Shown: positions 25,403-36,848, numbered from the stretch's first letter. The stretch is 64,000 nucleotides of DNA from Octopus bimaculoides (GCF_001194135.2 NC_068982.1:64929839-64993838), one strand, 5' to 3'. The notes: generated by a model from the sequence alone, not told the origin. Numbers and translations: made by a program.

Positions 25403-26612
25403 AAATATTGAAAAAACAAAAAACAAAATGAAGTTAAATAATAGTCTGAATAGTGCATACTTTTGTAATAACTTCTCAGAAATACAGATTTGAAATTAAT
25501 TAATGGCATATTCTGTATTTCTCTTTTACTTGTTCTGTGCCCAAGCTGGGGCAAGGGTTTAGCTGAACAAATAAAACTTATTTGAAAGTCTAGTACTTCT
25601 CTTTTGGTATAAACAAACCAACATGGATTATCAAGTGAGGGAAGGACGGAGACATACACACACACATGCATGCGCATGCATGCATGAAAGCCTTCTACAG
25701 GATTGCAGGTAAAATGGATGGCATTTATGGTTTTTCCCAGTTGAGGTTGGCCATAGGGGATTCCCTGCTGAGTCAGTATGGAGGATGCTTACAACCATTG
25801 GAATGAGAGGAAAGGAGAAAAAGGGTGGCTGTGCACAGGGTGGGAGAAACAGCTGAAAGAGCCTCTTGTTGGCTTTGAAGCAAGAGAGAGGAGTTAAGCT
25901 GGAAGTTAGGAAGAGATGAGGAGCAGTGATTTGGCCATCTCTACGGACCTACCAATGGGAGGGTGTTACAGTTCAGAGATGAAACACCCAATGAACATTG
26001 GATACCGTCTGATGACATCAGTTCCACCTGGCCAAAGCTCCTTTCACTTTGTTGAGTGGAAAAGCACCTCTTTCTAGATGTTATTAACACACACACACAC
26101 ACATACACACTGTCTGTCTGTGTCTCTCTCTCTCTCTCTCCCTCTCTCTCACTCACACANNNNNNNNNNNNNNNNNNNNNNNNNNNNNNNNNNNNNNNNN
26201 NNNNNNNNNNNNNNNNNNNNNNNNNNNNNNNNNNNNNNNNNNNNNNNNNNNNNNNNNNNNNNNNNNNNNNNNNNNNNNNNNNNNNNNNNNNNNNNNNNNN
26301 NNNNNNNNNNNNNNNNNNNNNNNNNNNNNNNNNNNNNNNNNNNNNTCACACATTGAGATTGAATCCAATTAGTAATCAGATTTTCAAATCTTTTCTGGAA
26401 AAGTCTAGAATAACCAAAACCTGAAAAAAAAACAAGTATTTCTTATATAATTTAAGATTAGTAGTAAAATACCTTGCTGTATTGCCAGACAGAAGTTCAA
26501 TCCCAGTTAGCATATGAAACCTTACAGTTCTATATTTAAGAGATGAGGAATTACGTACATTATTTACATTATTTACATTTGACAGATATTTGTCCTCATC
26601 TTGTTTGTTGTT

Positions 26613-26658
26613 AACACAACATTTCAGCTGATATACCCTCCAGCCTTCTTCAGGTGTC
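26613..26658 (-). ncRNA. Penelope pLTR minimal hammerhead ribozyme motif (two CpG-type decay changes)
   Basis: Minus strand GACAC-CTGAAGA-A-GGCTG-gagggtatat-CAGCT-GAAA-TGT-T-GTGTT. Stem I is GACAC/GTGTT and stem II is GGCTG/CAGCT. The direct pLTR copy keeps the ancestral CCGAAACG. Confidence 0.7.
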
Positions 26659-27103
26659 TTGGGGAAATAGTAATGCAACACTTCGCAAATATCTCCTTCG
26701 AGTAAAATCACCAATAGAAGAGAATATGACCAAAGACTGCATGTACTCCATCCCATGCAGCTGTGGCAGATTATACAAAGGTGAAACATGCCAGACCCTC
26801 AAAATAAGGGTAGACGAACATTGCAAAGCTGTGACATGAGGAGATATTGATAAACTGGGTATAGCTGATCATGTATGGAAAAATGGAGACCACCTCCCCC
26901 TTTTGGATGAAGTTAAAATGATAGATGGAGAACACCACTGGAAAATATGAAAACTAAAAGAAGCAGCACATATGATAGGACACAACAACCTCCTAAGCAG
27001 ACTGAATGCAGATATGAGTAGCATATGGGAACCGGTATTAAGGAAGGATAGGAAAATATTAGATTTGTAAACCCTAAAATTCATTCACTCCATAATTGTC
27101 CAT

Positions 27104-27180
27104 GGGCATATGGTGTAGTGGTTAAGAGCGTGGGCTACTAACCCCAAGATTCTGAGTTCGATTCCAAGCAGTGACCTGAA
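27104..27180 (+). promoter_or_regulatory. tRNA-like Pol III head (A-box TGGTGTAGTGG, B-box GAGTTCGATTCC) immediately upstream of the Penelope pLTR
   Basis: Box motifs and spacing are seen directly. It is followed by an (AAC/AAT)n linker and then the pLTR sequence. Confidence 0.65.
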
Positions 27181-27516
27181 CAATAACAACAACAATAATA
27201 ATAGTCATAATAATAATAACATTGAAAAATACCTTAGGAATGAGAACTCAGGTTTGAAATTTCCTCAAGAAGTATATCAAGAGTGTATATCATCCGAAAC
27301 GTGTTAACAACAAAGAAGATGAGGACAAATATCTGTTGAATGTAAATAATGTATATTAAACCTTGTCTTGTTCATTTCTGTAGGATAAGTGCTTCTAAAA
27401 GGCTATGTTGTGTTAGAAAAATAAAACTTTTACATACACACATTCATGGAAATACTCCAACATAGACAGAACCAACAATGGTTCAAATTACTAAAGAATA
27501 TACAGAAATTGTAGTT

Positions 27517-27860
27517 GTGGCTGATGCCAGTGCTGCTTGACTGGTGCCTGTGATGATGGCACGTAATAAGCACCATCCGAAAGTGGTTGATGCCAGTGCC
27601 CCCCGACTGGCTCCAGTGCCGTTGGCACATAAAAAGCATCATGTGAATGTGGTCGATGCCAGTGTCACCTGACTGGCTCCTGTGCCAGTGACACAAAAAA
27701 AACACCAACTCAAAGTGGTTGGTGTTAGGAAGGGCATCCAGCTGTAGAAACCTTGCCAGATCAGATTGGAGCCTGGTGCAGCCTACTGGCTTGCCAGTCC
27801 TCAGTCAAACCGTCCAACCCATGCCAGCATAGAAAACAGATGTTAAACGATGATAATGAT
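27517..27860 (+). mobile_element. Retroposon remnant with three 66-bp internal tandem units plus the common (GAT)n tail
   Basis: GATGCCAGTG recurs at 27523, 27589 and 27655 (period 66), followed by gtggttggtgttaggaagggcatcc...gttaaacgatgat. Confidence 0.8.
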
Positions 27861-28207
27861 ATGCACACATTACACAAATTGAAGGTGACTGCCAAAAACT
27901 ATTTTCGAATTCTATTCATTTTTTTTTTTTCCTTTTTTAAGTATTGGTCCAGTGTTTATTTCTTATCAAAGCAGGTTTAGTCTTGATTGGTTCAAATTTT
28001 CTCATTTGTCACGTCAAGTGCATTAGTGCTTAATTTAGTTATTTTTCATATACATGCATGGCTGTGTGGTTATGAAGCTTGCTTCCCAACCAAGTTGTCT
28101 TTGGTTCAGTACCTTTGCATGGCACCTTAGACCAGTGTCATCTATTATAGCTCCAGCCCCATCAAAGCCTTGTCAGTGGATTTAGTAGATGGAAACTATG
28201 TGGAAGC

Positions 28208-28243
<36 letters not shown>

Positions 28244-29031
28244 ATCACAAGTGCTGTTGTTCATTTCCAGTCTTCTGTGTAAAACATGTGTAGAACATGT
28301 CTAGCTACGAGGAAATGTTACCTTACTTGGAAACAGGTGAGAGGTGGTGAAACTGCAGAAAAGTCTGTTGTGTGTGTGTATGTGTGTGTGTGTGTGACAA
28401 GTAGTGTTAGTGTGTTTGCATCCTCATAACTTAGTGGTTCAGCAAACGATACTGGTAGAATAAGTACTGGAGTTGATCTGTTCAGCTAAAAATTCTTCAA
28501 GGCACTGCCTCAGTATGGCTGTAGTCTAATGATTGGAAACAAGTAAAAGATAAAAGCTCAGAATATAGACAGTATACTGTGTTTGCCAGTGAGCAGAAAC
28601 ATGACTGTTGATAAACCACTGTGCAAAATTATCTTCTGTTTCATCATCAACATCATCATCAGTAGTGGGTTAATGTCCCACTTTTCTATGCTTGGAAAGA
28701 TTTTCTGTGACAAGGTGCCTTTCCTATTGTCTACCATTTCCTGTTTCTAAGCAGGCTAATATTTCTCCTCCAAGGTCAGACATATTTTTATGGAAGCTTA
28801 GAAATGAATGATATTGCCTGTATGACAGAGATGCTCATTTGCATCTATCACATGACAAGGAGGCACAACATACACACTTATCTCTCTCTCGCTGTATATG
28901 TTGAAGAGCGTAGGCTCGAAACATAAATGACTTTCTCACCTTCCTGAGCATCAAACTAAAACATCTGCTTGTTGTTTATACACCTGTCTTTTGTTTTTCT
29001 GTAAATTTCATATATCATCATCATCGTTTAA

Positions 29032-29430
29032 TGTCCACTTTCCATGCTGACATGGGTTGGATGGTTTGACTGGGGACTGGTGAGCCAGATGGCTGCATCA
29101 GGCTCCAATCTGATCTGGCAGAGTTTCTACAGCTGGATGTCCTTCCTAACGCCAACCACTCCGAGAGTGTAGTGGGTGCTGTTACGTGCCACCGGCATGA
29201 GGGTCAGTAAGGCGGTACTGGCAACAGCCGCGCTCAAATGGTGCTTTTTACGTGTCACCTACACAGGAGCCAGTCTGTTGGCACTGGCAACACCCTCACT
29301 CGAATGTTGTTTTCCATGTATCACTGGCACGGGGGCCAGTCAGCGGCCCTGGCAATGATCATGCTCGGATGGTGCTCTTAGCGCTCCACTAGCATGGATG
29401 CTAGTCATGCAGTGCTGTCATTGAATTTGA
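29032..29430 (-). mobile_element. Antisense copy of the 66-bp-unit retroposon family
   Basis: catcatcatcgtttaatgtcc.. tail followed by several gccag/ctggc units; its 5' end adjoins (TA)n. Confidence 0.75.
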
Positions 29431-29859
29431 TTTCGATTTATATATATANNNNNNNNNNNNNNNNNNNNNNNNNNNNNNNNNNNNNNNNNNNNNNNNNNNN
29501 NNNNNNNNNNNNNNNNNNNNNNNNNNNNNNNNNNNNNNNNNNNNNNNNNNNNNNNNNNNNNNNNNNNNNNNNNNNNNNNNNNNNNNNNNNNNNNNNNNNN
29601 NNNNNNNNNNNNNNNNNNNNNNNNNNNNNNNNNNNNNNNNNNNNNNNNNNNNNNNNNNNNNNNNNNNNNNNNNNNNNNNNNNNNNNNNNNNNNNNNNNNN
29701 NNNNNNNNNNNNNNNNNNNNNNNNNNNNNNNNNNNNNNNNNNNNNNNNNNNNNNNNNNNNNNNNNNNNNNNNNNNNNNNNNNNNNNNNNNNNNNNNNNNN
29801 NNNNNNNNNNNNNNNNNNNNNNNNNNNNNNNNNNNNNNNNNNNNNNNNNNNNNNNNNNG

Positions 29860-30560
29860 TATGAACAGCTATGCTACATGGCAGTGAGACATGGGCTATG
29901 ACTACTGAGGAAATGTGAAGACTTGGGAGAAATGAAGCCAGTGTACTTTGCTGGATGGGTAATATCAGTGTGCATATGCAACAGAGTGTAAGTGATTTGA
30001 GAGAAAAACTGGGTATATGTAGCATCAGATGTAGTGTACAAGAGAGAAGACTGCACAGGTATGGCCATATAATGCATATGAATGAAGACAATTGTTTCAA
30101 GAGGTGCCAATCACTAATTGTAGAGGGAACATGTGGAAGGGGTAGACCCAGGAAGATATAGGATGAAGTGGTGAGAAAGGATCTACAGACATTGGGACTC
30201 ACAGAGGGGATGACAGGAAATGAGACTCCTGATGGTTTGCTGTGCTTGAAAAGACATATTAAGCTAAGTAAAAGTGTGGTTGCCCTTGCATTTAGGTTTG
30301 TCTCCTGCAACTCTCTCAGCTGAACATCCCTAATTTTGCAGGCTCGTAGGTTCTGGTGCCATGAAAAAGGCACCTGTGATAGTGCTGCGTAAATGCACCC
30401 AATACACTCTGTAAAGTGGTTGGCATTAGGAAGGGCATCCAGCCATAGAAACCATGCCAAAACAGACATGGAGCCTGAACAGCTCTTCAGCTGGTCAGCT
30501 CTTGTCAAACCATCCAATCTATGCCAGCATGGTAAACAGACATTAAATAATAATGATGAT
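29860..30560 (+). mobile_element. 3' end of an RTE-clade LINE: ORF C-terminus plus 3' UTR ending in the common (GAT)n tail
   Basis: TAMLHGSETWAMT..RLGRNEASVLCWMGN..LREKLGI..QERRLHRYGHIMHM..VEGTCGRGRPRKI*DEVV matches the RTE YGSETW / LRWYGHV / GRGRPRKTW motifs. The 5' part is lost in the N-gap. Confidence 0.85.
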
Positions 30561-30801
30561 ATATATATATATATATATCTATATATATACACTACTACTA
30601 CAACCAACAAAAAATGCTCCCACGTGGACTATTGACACCAGTAAAGAAAAATTATGAACTCTTCATTTAATTTCATTTTTTTAAATATGTATTTTTGATA
30701 AGGTTCGTTTTCACAAGAACCGAAACATATTAAAAATATTTCTGACAAAATTTTAAATTAAAATTCATTTTTTATATATTGGCGTTTTCAAACTTCTTTT
30801 T

Positions 30802-30841
<40 letters not shown>

Positions 30842-31825
30842 CATCATATGTGAAAGGCTTCTTTCAGTTTCCTATTTATCACTCACAGGGCTTTGGTCAG
30901 GCTAGAGCTACAGAGAGACACTTATCCAAGGTTACACACACACACACACACGTACACACACACTTCATTTATGCTGAGCTTCTTTCTATTTACCACTCAC
31001 TGCTTTTGTGGTCAGCCTAGAGCTTTAGTAGAAGACACTTCTCCAAAGTGCCATGCAGTAGAACTGCACCTAAAACCACATGGTTGGAAATCAAACTTCT
31101 TAATCATGCAGCCATATATCCTTTTTAAATATGGGGAGGAGATCTGTGTATAAGATGCTATTCATTGAAAGGGAACATCGAGCTACAAACGTGTTGAAAA
31201 TCATTAGTCTAAATTAATGAAAGTTGTCTTTGTTGCTACAGTGAATTAGTTAGTGCTTACTTTACTAAAGGTGTTGACTAGTTAATGGTAGGAATCATAA
31301 GTATCTTATAACAGGCGAATGACTAGTTAATATACAGGAATACTACAATACTGTGTAGGATGTGCTATATTAGTGGCTACATAAGAGATGTAGTGTATTC
31401 TCAGATATACTCTGTAAGGAACCAACACTTAAACTTTATCCTATGTACTGATACTGAACACAGCAGTTTGGACAGGAACCAAGTCTTCCTTGGTAAGTTG
31501 AGCCTCTATCATCACCAACACTATTATTACCATCATCTCACCACCAATACCACCATTGTAGTGTTCCAATAAAACCATGCTTATAAAAGAGCTCAATGTT
31601 TTAGTACACATTAGTATTTGAGCTTGATGTTACTGTTATTTACTAGTTCTCTCTTCCTTCTTTCTGTTAGAGTGCATGTGTGTGATGCACCAAACATTTT
31701 TAAACTGCACTTCAACTTCAGCTTGACTTTGACTAACACATGATTTCTGCACTGTTTCACTTTTAAGGAAACAAAATGCACATTTCGTGGAAAATTTATG
31801 ATTGTTATTTAAAAAAAAAAAATAT

Positions 31826-32083
31826 TATGGTTGATCAAGAAAAGTATTTCTGTTGTTTAAGAAAAGCATTTCCATTAATGAAAGAAAGTATTTTTGTTGA
31901 TCACAAGTTTTTTATTTTTGTTTTTTATTTATTTATTATTTATTTATTTAAAAAAATTTTTTTTGTTGATCAAGAAAACTATTTTTGTTGATAATAAAAT
32001 TGTCAAGAAAAACATTTTAGTTGATCAAACAAAAGCATTTTTCTTGATCGAAAATATTATTTTTGTTTATCAGGAAAGTATCT
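31826..32083. repeat. Degenerate ~21-22-bp minisatellite, consensus about TATTTTTGTTGATCAAGAAAAG
   Basis: TTGATC recurs at regular spacing. This explains the IFVDQ-like repeats in ORFs 31776..31991 and 31894..32097. Confidence 0.7.
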
Positions 32084-32230
32084 CGATTGTCCTGTAACAT
32101 ATTTGTTTTGGAAGATTAATTTGAACTGATTTATCTTCATGCTAACAGTCATTAATTTTGTTTTTTATGTATTTGTCATTATTGATCTTCACATAACTTC
32201 TGTTCATATTTTCATGTCATCAATATTAGA

Positions 32231-33335
32231 AGGGTAAGGGTTAGCAGAGTAACAGTAATTATAAGTATGCCAGACTAAATGCTTTTTTGGTGTACAGTTA
32301 CATCTATTGAGTTTTGCCTTTCATCATTCTAGGGTTAATAAAATAAGCACCAGTAAAATATCAGCATTGATTTAATACCCTGTTTCTTTGCTGTAAAATG
32401 AAACGCATGGCTTTATGCCACAAGTGAAGCACTGTAACCCCTACCTCCAAAATATGTGGCCTTGTGTTGGTTATGAGTTTTCAGAAGTCAGAAAAAAATG
32501 ACTTGTAACAATTGATCCAGCTTTTTACATTCTGAGTTCAAATTCTGCTGAGATTAACTTTGCCTTTCATCTCTTCAAGGTAAAGTATCAGTTAAGTACT
32601 GGAGTCAATGATATCAACTAATCCTCACCCTTTTAAAATTGTTGGCCTTGTGCCTAAAATCAGAAACCATTAACATTAAAATAAAGCTGGCAAGCTGGTA
32701 GAATTGTTATCACACCAGACAAAATGCTTTGCAGCATTTCTTTTGGTTCTTTACATTTTGAGTTCAAATCCTGCTGAGGTCAACTTTGCCTTTCATCCTT
32801 TTGGGGGTCAATAAAATAAAGTACCAGTCGAATACTGAGGTTGATGTAACTGACTAGTTCTCCCCCACCAAATTTCAGGCCTTGTGCTTATACTATAAGG
32901 CATTATTATACCTAACAAAAGGCATTTGAGTGGTGGAGCAGTGTTCTTTTGACTTCTTTGTTCAAGTCCCACTGTTCTTTCTTCCATACAGGGTGTTTAA
33001 AATACATACTAGTTAAATATTAGAGTTGATGTAATCAACTGTATTGCTTCCCAAAATTTGTGGACTTTTACCAAATGTAGAAACCATTATTATTATCATT
33101 ACATTGCTGGCCTTGTGCCAAAATTATTATTATTATAAGGTGGTGAGCTGGCAGAATTGTTAGTATGCCAAACAAAATGATTATGTTCTGTATTCAAATT
33201 CCACCGAAGTCAGCTTTACCATTCATCTTTTCAGAGTCAATAAATTAAGTACCAGTTGAGTACTGGGATCAATGTAATTGACTATCCCTCTCCCCTGCAT
33301 TACAGATTTTGTGCTTATAGTAGAAAGGGTTGTTA
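32231..33335 (+). mobile_element. Cluster of 4-5 same-orientation family D SINE copies (others at ~4080-4270, 7045-7225, 20030-20215 minus, 37945-38120, 61785-61900)
   Basis: Repeated block tttacattctgagttcaaat..gaggtcaactttgcctttcatcc..taaaataagtaccag..ctggggtc. Confidence 0.75.
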
Positions 33336-34266
33336 TTAGAAGTTGTAACTTAGCTGGTTAGCAATAACAACACAGTTCAGAGTTGTTGCTCTATTAAAAA
33401 GTGGTACTTCAATATGGCCATAGGCAAATGGTTAAAAGGTGGTACCAAATGTTAAAATAAATTTAAATTCTCTATATTTTCTTGCATTTAAAACGGATTT
33501 TTCTTGCCCTCCAAAAATGTATTCTCTGAAGTATGTGAGTAGCCATGTAGCTCCTCTACAATAAGAGCCTGCTCTACCCCAACCTCTTTCCTCTTACCTT
33601 AACTCCCATCCAACGTACAGATGCAACATCCCTCTTCCTTGGGTTTGTTGACTTGCAAGCTACATGGTGACCTTGATAGTGCCAGTAGCATGAAAATAAA
33701 AAGCACTCAGTACACACTGTAAAGTGGTTGATGTTAGAAAGAACATCCAGCCATAGAAAGAAACTATGCCAAAGCAGACAGACACTGGGACACAAGGCAA
33801 CCCTTCAACTCATCAGATCCTTGTCAAACCATCTAACTCATGCAAGTATGGAACACAGATGTAAAATGATGAAAAAAATCTAGTTGAAAATGTGCAGTGT
33901 ATCCTGTACACTGGTGTATATTTGTTGGCAAATTATTTCATTCATTATATATATACATACACATCTACCCCCTATCTTTTCTTTCTTATTTCAGGAAAAT
34001 ATATACTGTTCTATTCTATCTCTTCTTCTCTCTCTTCACTCTCCTTCTTATACACTTTCTTATTTTGCTCATCTCTCTTCTGTCACATATCCTCTTATAC
34101 TTTTTTCTCTCTCTCTTTTTAACTCCTTTTGTCCTTTTTCTTTCTCTTTCTCCTTCATTTATCGTTATCAAACACACACACATATTAAATTGGAATGTAA
34201 ATCTAAATAATATCTCCCCATTATGAATTTATTATCTATCCCCATCTTTATTCTTTTCTTTTCTAG

Positions 34267-34307
34267 GACCATGTACCTAAAACCTACACTGCACGAAGAA
34301 CAAAGAG
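34267..34307 (+). CDS. PAWR: 41-nt coding mini-exon (DHVPKTYTARRTK + AG), phase 0-2
   Basis: Long pyrimidine tract ending ttttctag, and donor AG|gtaaga. Its phase-2 end exactly complements the one leftover base (C) at the start of the 45951 exon (AG+C = Ser). Confidence 0.8.
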
Positions 34308-34950
34308 GTAAGAGTTTGAAGTAACCATCTTTCTTTCAGTGTTTTAAAACATCCTCATTGGAAAATGAATTTTTTAAACGTGTTTGAAGCCAAACGCATG
34401 ACTGATAATTATATTTCCAACAGTAATATCACATTTGTAAGGGTTTTCTATCTTATTAACCTCATCTTCTGTATTTCTGCATACACCATGTTCCAATCTA
34501 TCTTCTCTTACAGTTTCTAATGCATTGCATTGGCATCTCTCTTTCAGAAGATAATGAAATCATTCATGACAGCCATTTCAATTTCATTAAACATCACTGC
34601 AGTCATATTCTGGTATAGTAGTATTTTCCGCAACAATATGCACAAGGATGAGAGTTTATGTGGTGATGCAACCTGCTAGAAATAACTGCCAAATCTCTCT
34701 CAGATTACACCCTGCTATCTTAAACAAAGAAATGGTACAATAGATAATGTAGTTCTACATAACTCTAAAAAGTTAGGATGATCATATTTGGGATGTATTT
34801 TTCAAGGTTGATCTAGGACTAGCTAAACTACACCACCATCAGCTATGTTTGTAGGCTATGTCCTTTAGTGCTTCACAACTGCCAAATAGCTTTCTTTTCT
34901 AATTCTTCTTCTTCCTCCTCTTGATTTGTACATGAAAATCCACTGCACAC

Positions 34951-34996
<46 letters not shown>

Positions 34997-35017
34997 GTGT
35001 GTGTGTACATGTATATA

Positions 35018-35400
35018 TGAAGGCGCAATGGCCCAGTGGTTAGGGCAGCGGATTCGCGGTCATAGGGTCGCGGTTTCGATTCCCAGACCAGGCGTTGTGA
35101 GTGTTTATTGAGCGAAAACACCCAAAGCTCCACGAGGTTCCGGCAGAGGATGGTGGCGAACCCTGCTGTACTCTTTTACCACAAGTTTCTCTCACTCTTA
35201 CTTCCTGTTTCTGTTGTGCCTGTAATTCCAAGGGTCAGCCTTGTCACTCTGTGTCACGCTGAATATCCCTGAGAACTACATTAAAGGTACATGTGTCTGT
35301 GGAGTGCTCAGCCACTTGCACGTTAATTTCACGAGCGGGCTGTTCCGTTGATCGGATCAACTGGAACCCTCGACGTCATAAGCAACAGAGTGCCAACAAA
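35018..35400 (+). mobile_element. Family B SINE, copy 2
   Basis: Highly similar over its full length to 1734-2114. Confidence 0.9.
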
Positions 35401-35694
35401 GCATGTAATATAGGCTCAGTTTTGTACATAGGATCCAGGTTGATGCTTTGGAGGCATTTAAAATAAAAAAACAATCTGTCTTATATGCCATTGAATATAG
35501 TACATAACAGAAAAACCTAGCATTTTGTTTAATCTTTTTATAATACATTTTCATGGGTTCTGAAGATGAATGCTTTGGTGGAGTGAAGATGAAAACAAAG
35601 CTCATGATTTTTCACTATGTTGATCTTTGTATGTAGCTAAGATGGATGTTACTGATCTGGTGAAACTAATAAAATCTTGGGAAGGGAACTAGTT

Positions 35695-35918
35695 ACAAAT
35701 TGATGTTTAACCAGCTGTATCTTGCTCAAATATTTTACCTGTTTTATGATCAAACTGGCCAGATTCGGACTCTTATACCTACTCTACAATATAACTCTAA
35801 AAGTAAACAATCATATTGTCAAAATCTCAAAGCTATGAAATAATGCAAGATTAATTCAAAAGAATGTGAATGTATAAGCATTACATTTGACAAAGTAATC
35901 TGAATGCTTAAGGATTAA
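35695..35918 (-). mobile_element. piggyBac-like MITE copy abutting family B SINE copy 3
   Basis: Ends catttgacaaagtaatctgaatgcttaaggaTTAA; the left end is degenerate. Confidence 0.7.
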
Positions 35919-35927
35919 ATAAATACA

Positions 35928-36301
35928 GTGGAGGCGCAATGGCCCAGTGGTTAGGGCAGCGGACTTGCGGTCATAGGATCGCGGTTTCGATTCCCAGACA
36001 GGGCGTTGTGAGTGTTTATTGAGCGAAAACACCTAAAGCTCCACAAGGCTCCGGCAGGGAATGGTGGTGAACCCTGCTGTACTCTTTCACCACAACTTTC
36101 TCTCATTCTTACTTCCTGTTTCTGTTGTGCCTGTAATTCAAAGGGTCAGCCTTGTCACACTGAATATCCCCGAGAACTACGTTAAGGGTACATGTGTCTG
36201 TGGAGTGCTCAGCCACTTGCATGTTAATTTCACGAGCAGGCTGTTCCGTTGATCGGATCAACTGGAACCCTCGACGTCGTAAGCGACGGAGTGCCAACAA
36301 C
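35928..36301 (+). mobile_element. Family B SINE, copy 3
   Basis: Full-length copy. An 11-bp TSD AAATAAATACA lies at 35917-35927 and 36302-36312. Confidence 0.9.
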
Positions 36302-36848
36302 AAATAAATACAATATTATGCTCTGCAATCCAGGCCCAACATCATACAGTTGCTGCTCTCTTTTCTATCTGTACTTTTTGACAATCTGGTCCTTTGTAAA
36401 GGAATGTGTAGTCCAATACTGTTAAGGATCCATATACTTGCTGCACTAAAAGCAATCAAGGGCTAGGCTTACTTGTTCATTTTACATGTTTTACTATGCT
36501 GGTATGAGTTAGATGGGTACTATTTGAAGCAGTTTTTTTTTTATACATGGTTGCTTGCTCTTCCTGTCACCAACCATTATTTTATATAAGAAAAAAAAAA
36601 GATGAGCTTTTACTCCACAATTCTGAGAGAGGGAGAGTGAGAGAAGTGTTCACTGGGAACAAACACAACAACACTGTTTTCTTACATGCAGTTTCTGTCT
36701 ACCACCTACCAATTTTACTCACAAAGCAGTAGTTGACCCAGGACAGTTGTAAGAGCCACTTGCCAAAGATGACATGCAGTGGGACTAAACCTAAGACCAC
36801 ACAGTTGGAAATTGAACTTAACCACATAGCTATAAAGATGTGTTAAAT

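Larger units (their letters stand above)
26521..27355 (+). mobile_element. 5'-truncated Penelope-like element: inverted pLTR segment + GIY-YIG endonuclease remnant + tRNA-like head + direct pLTR
   Basis: Translation from ~26670: TLRKYLLRVKSPIEENMTKDCMYSIPCSCGRLYKGETCQTLKIRVDEHCKAVT*GDIDKLGIADHVWKNGDH..DEVKMID..KEAAHM..SSIWEPVL, a PLE-type GIY-YIG. 26560-26668 is an inverted copy of ~27259-27352. Confidence 0.85.

Noticed and set aside
27104-27180. tRNA gene calls for this and other A/B-box heads (1734, 19198, 35928, 55916)
   Set aside because: No complete acceptor stem or terminator; each head continues into a repeat body. They are SINE-type heads.
27517-27720. Regularly spaced palindromic repeats resembling a CRISPR array
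   Set aside because: Eukaryotic context. The whole 66-bp unit is repeated with no unique spacers, it sits inside a retroposon, and there are no cas genes.
28638-28662. CTGATGA...GAAAC on the minus strand (hammerhead-like boxes)
   Set aside because: Produced by a (CAT)n microsatellite, with no stem I or stem II pairing.
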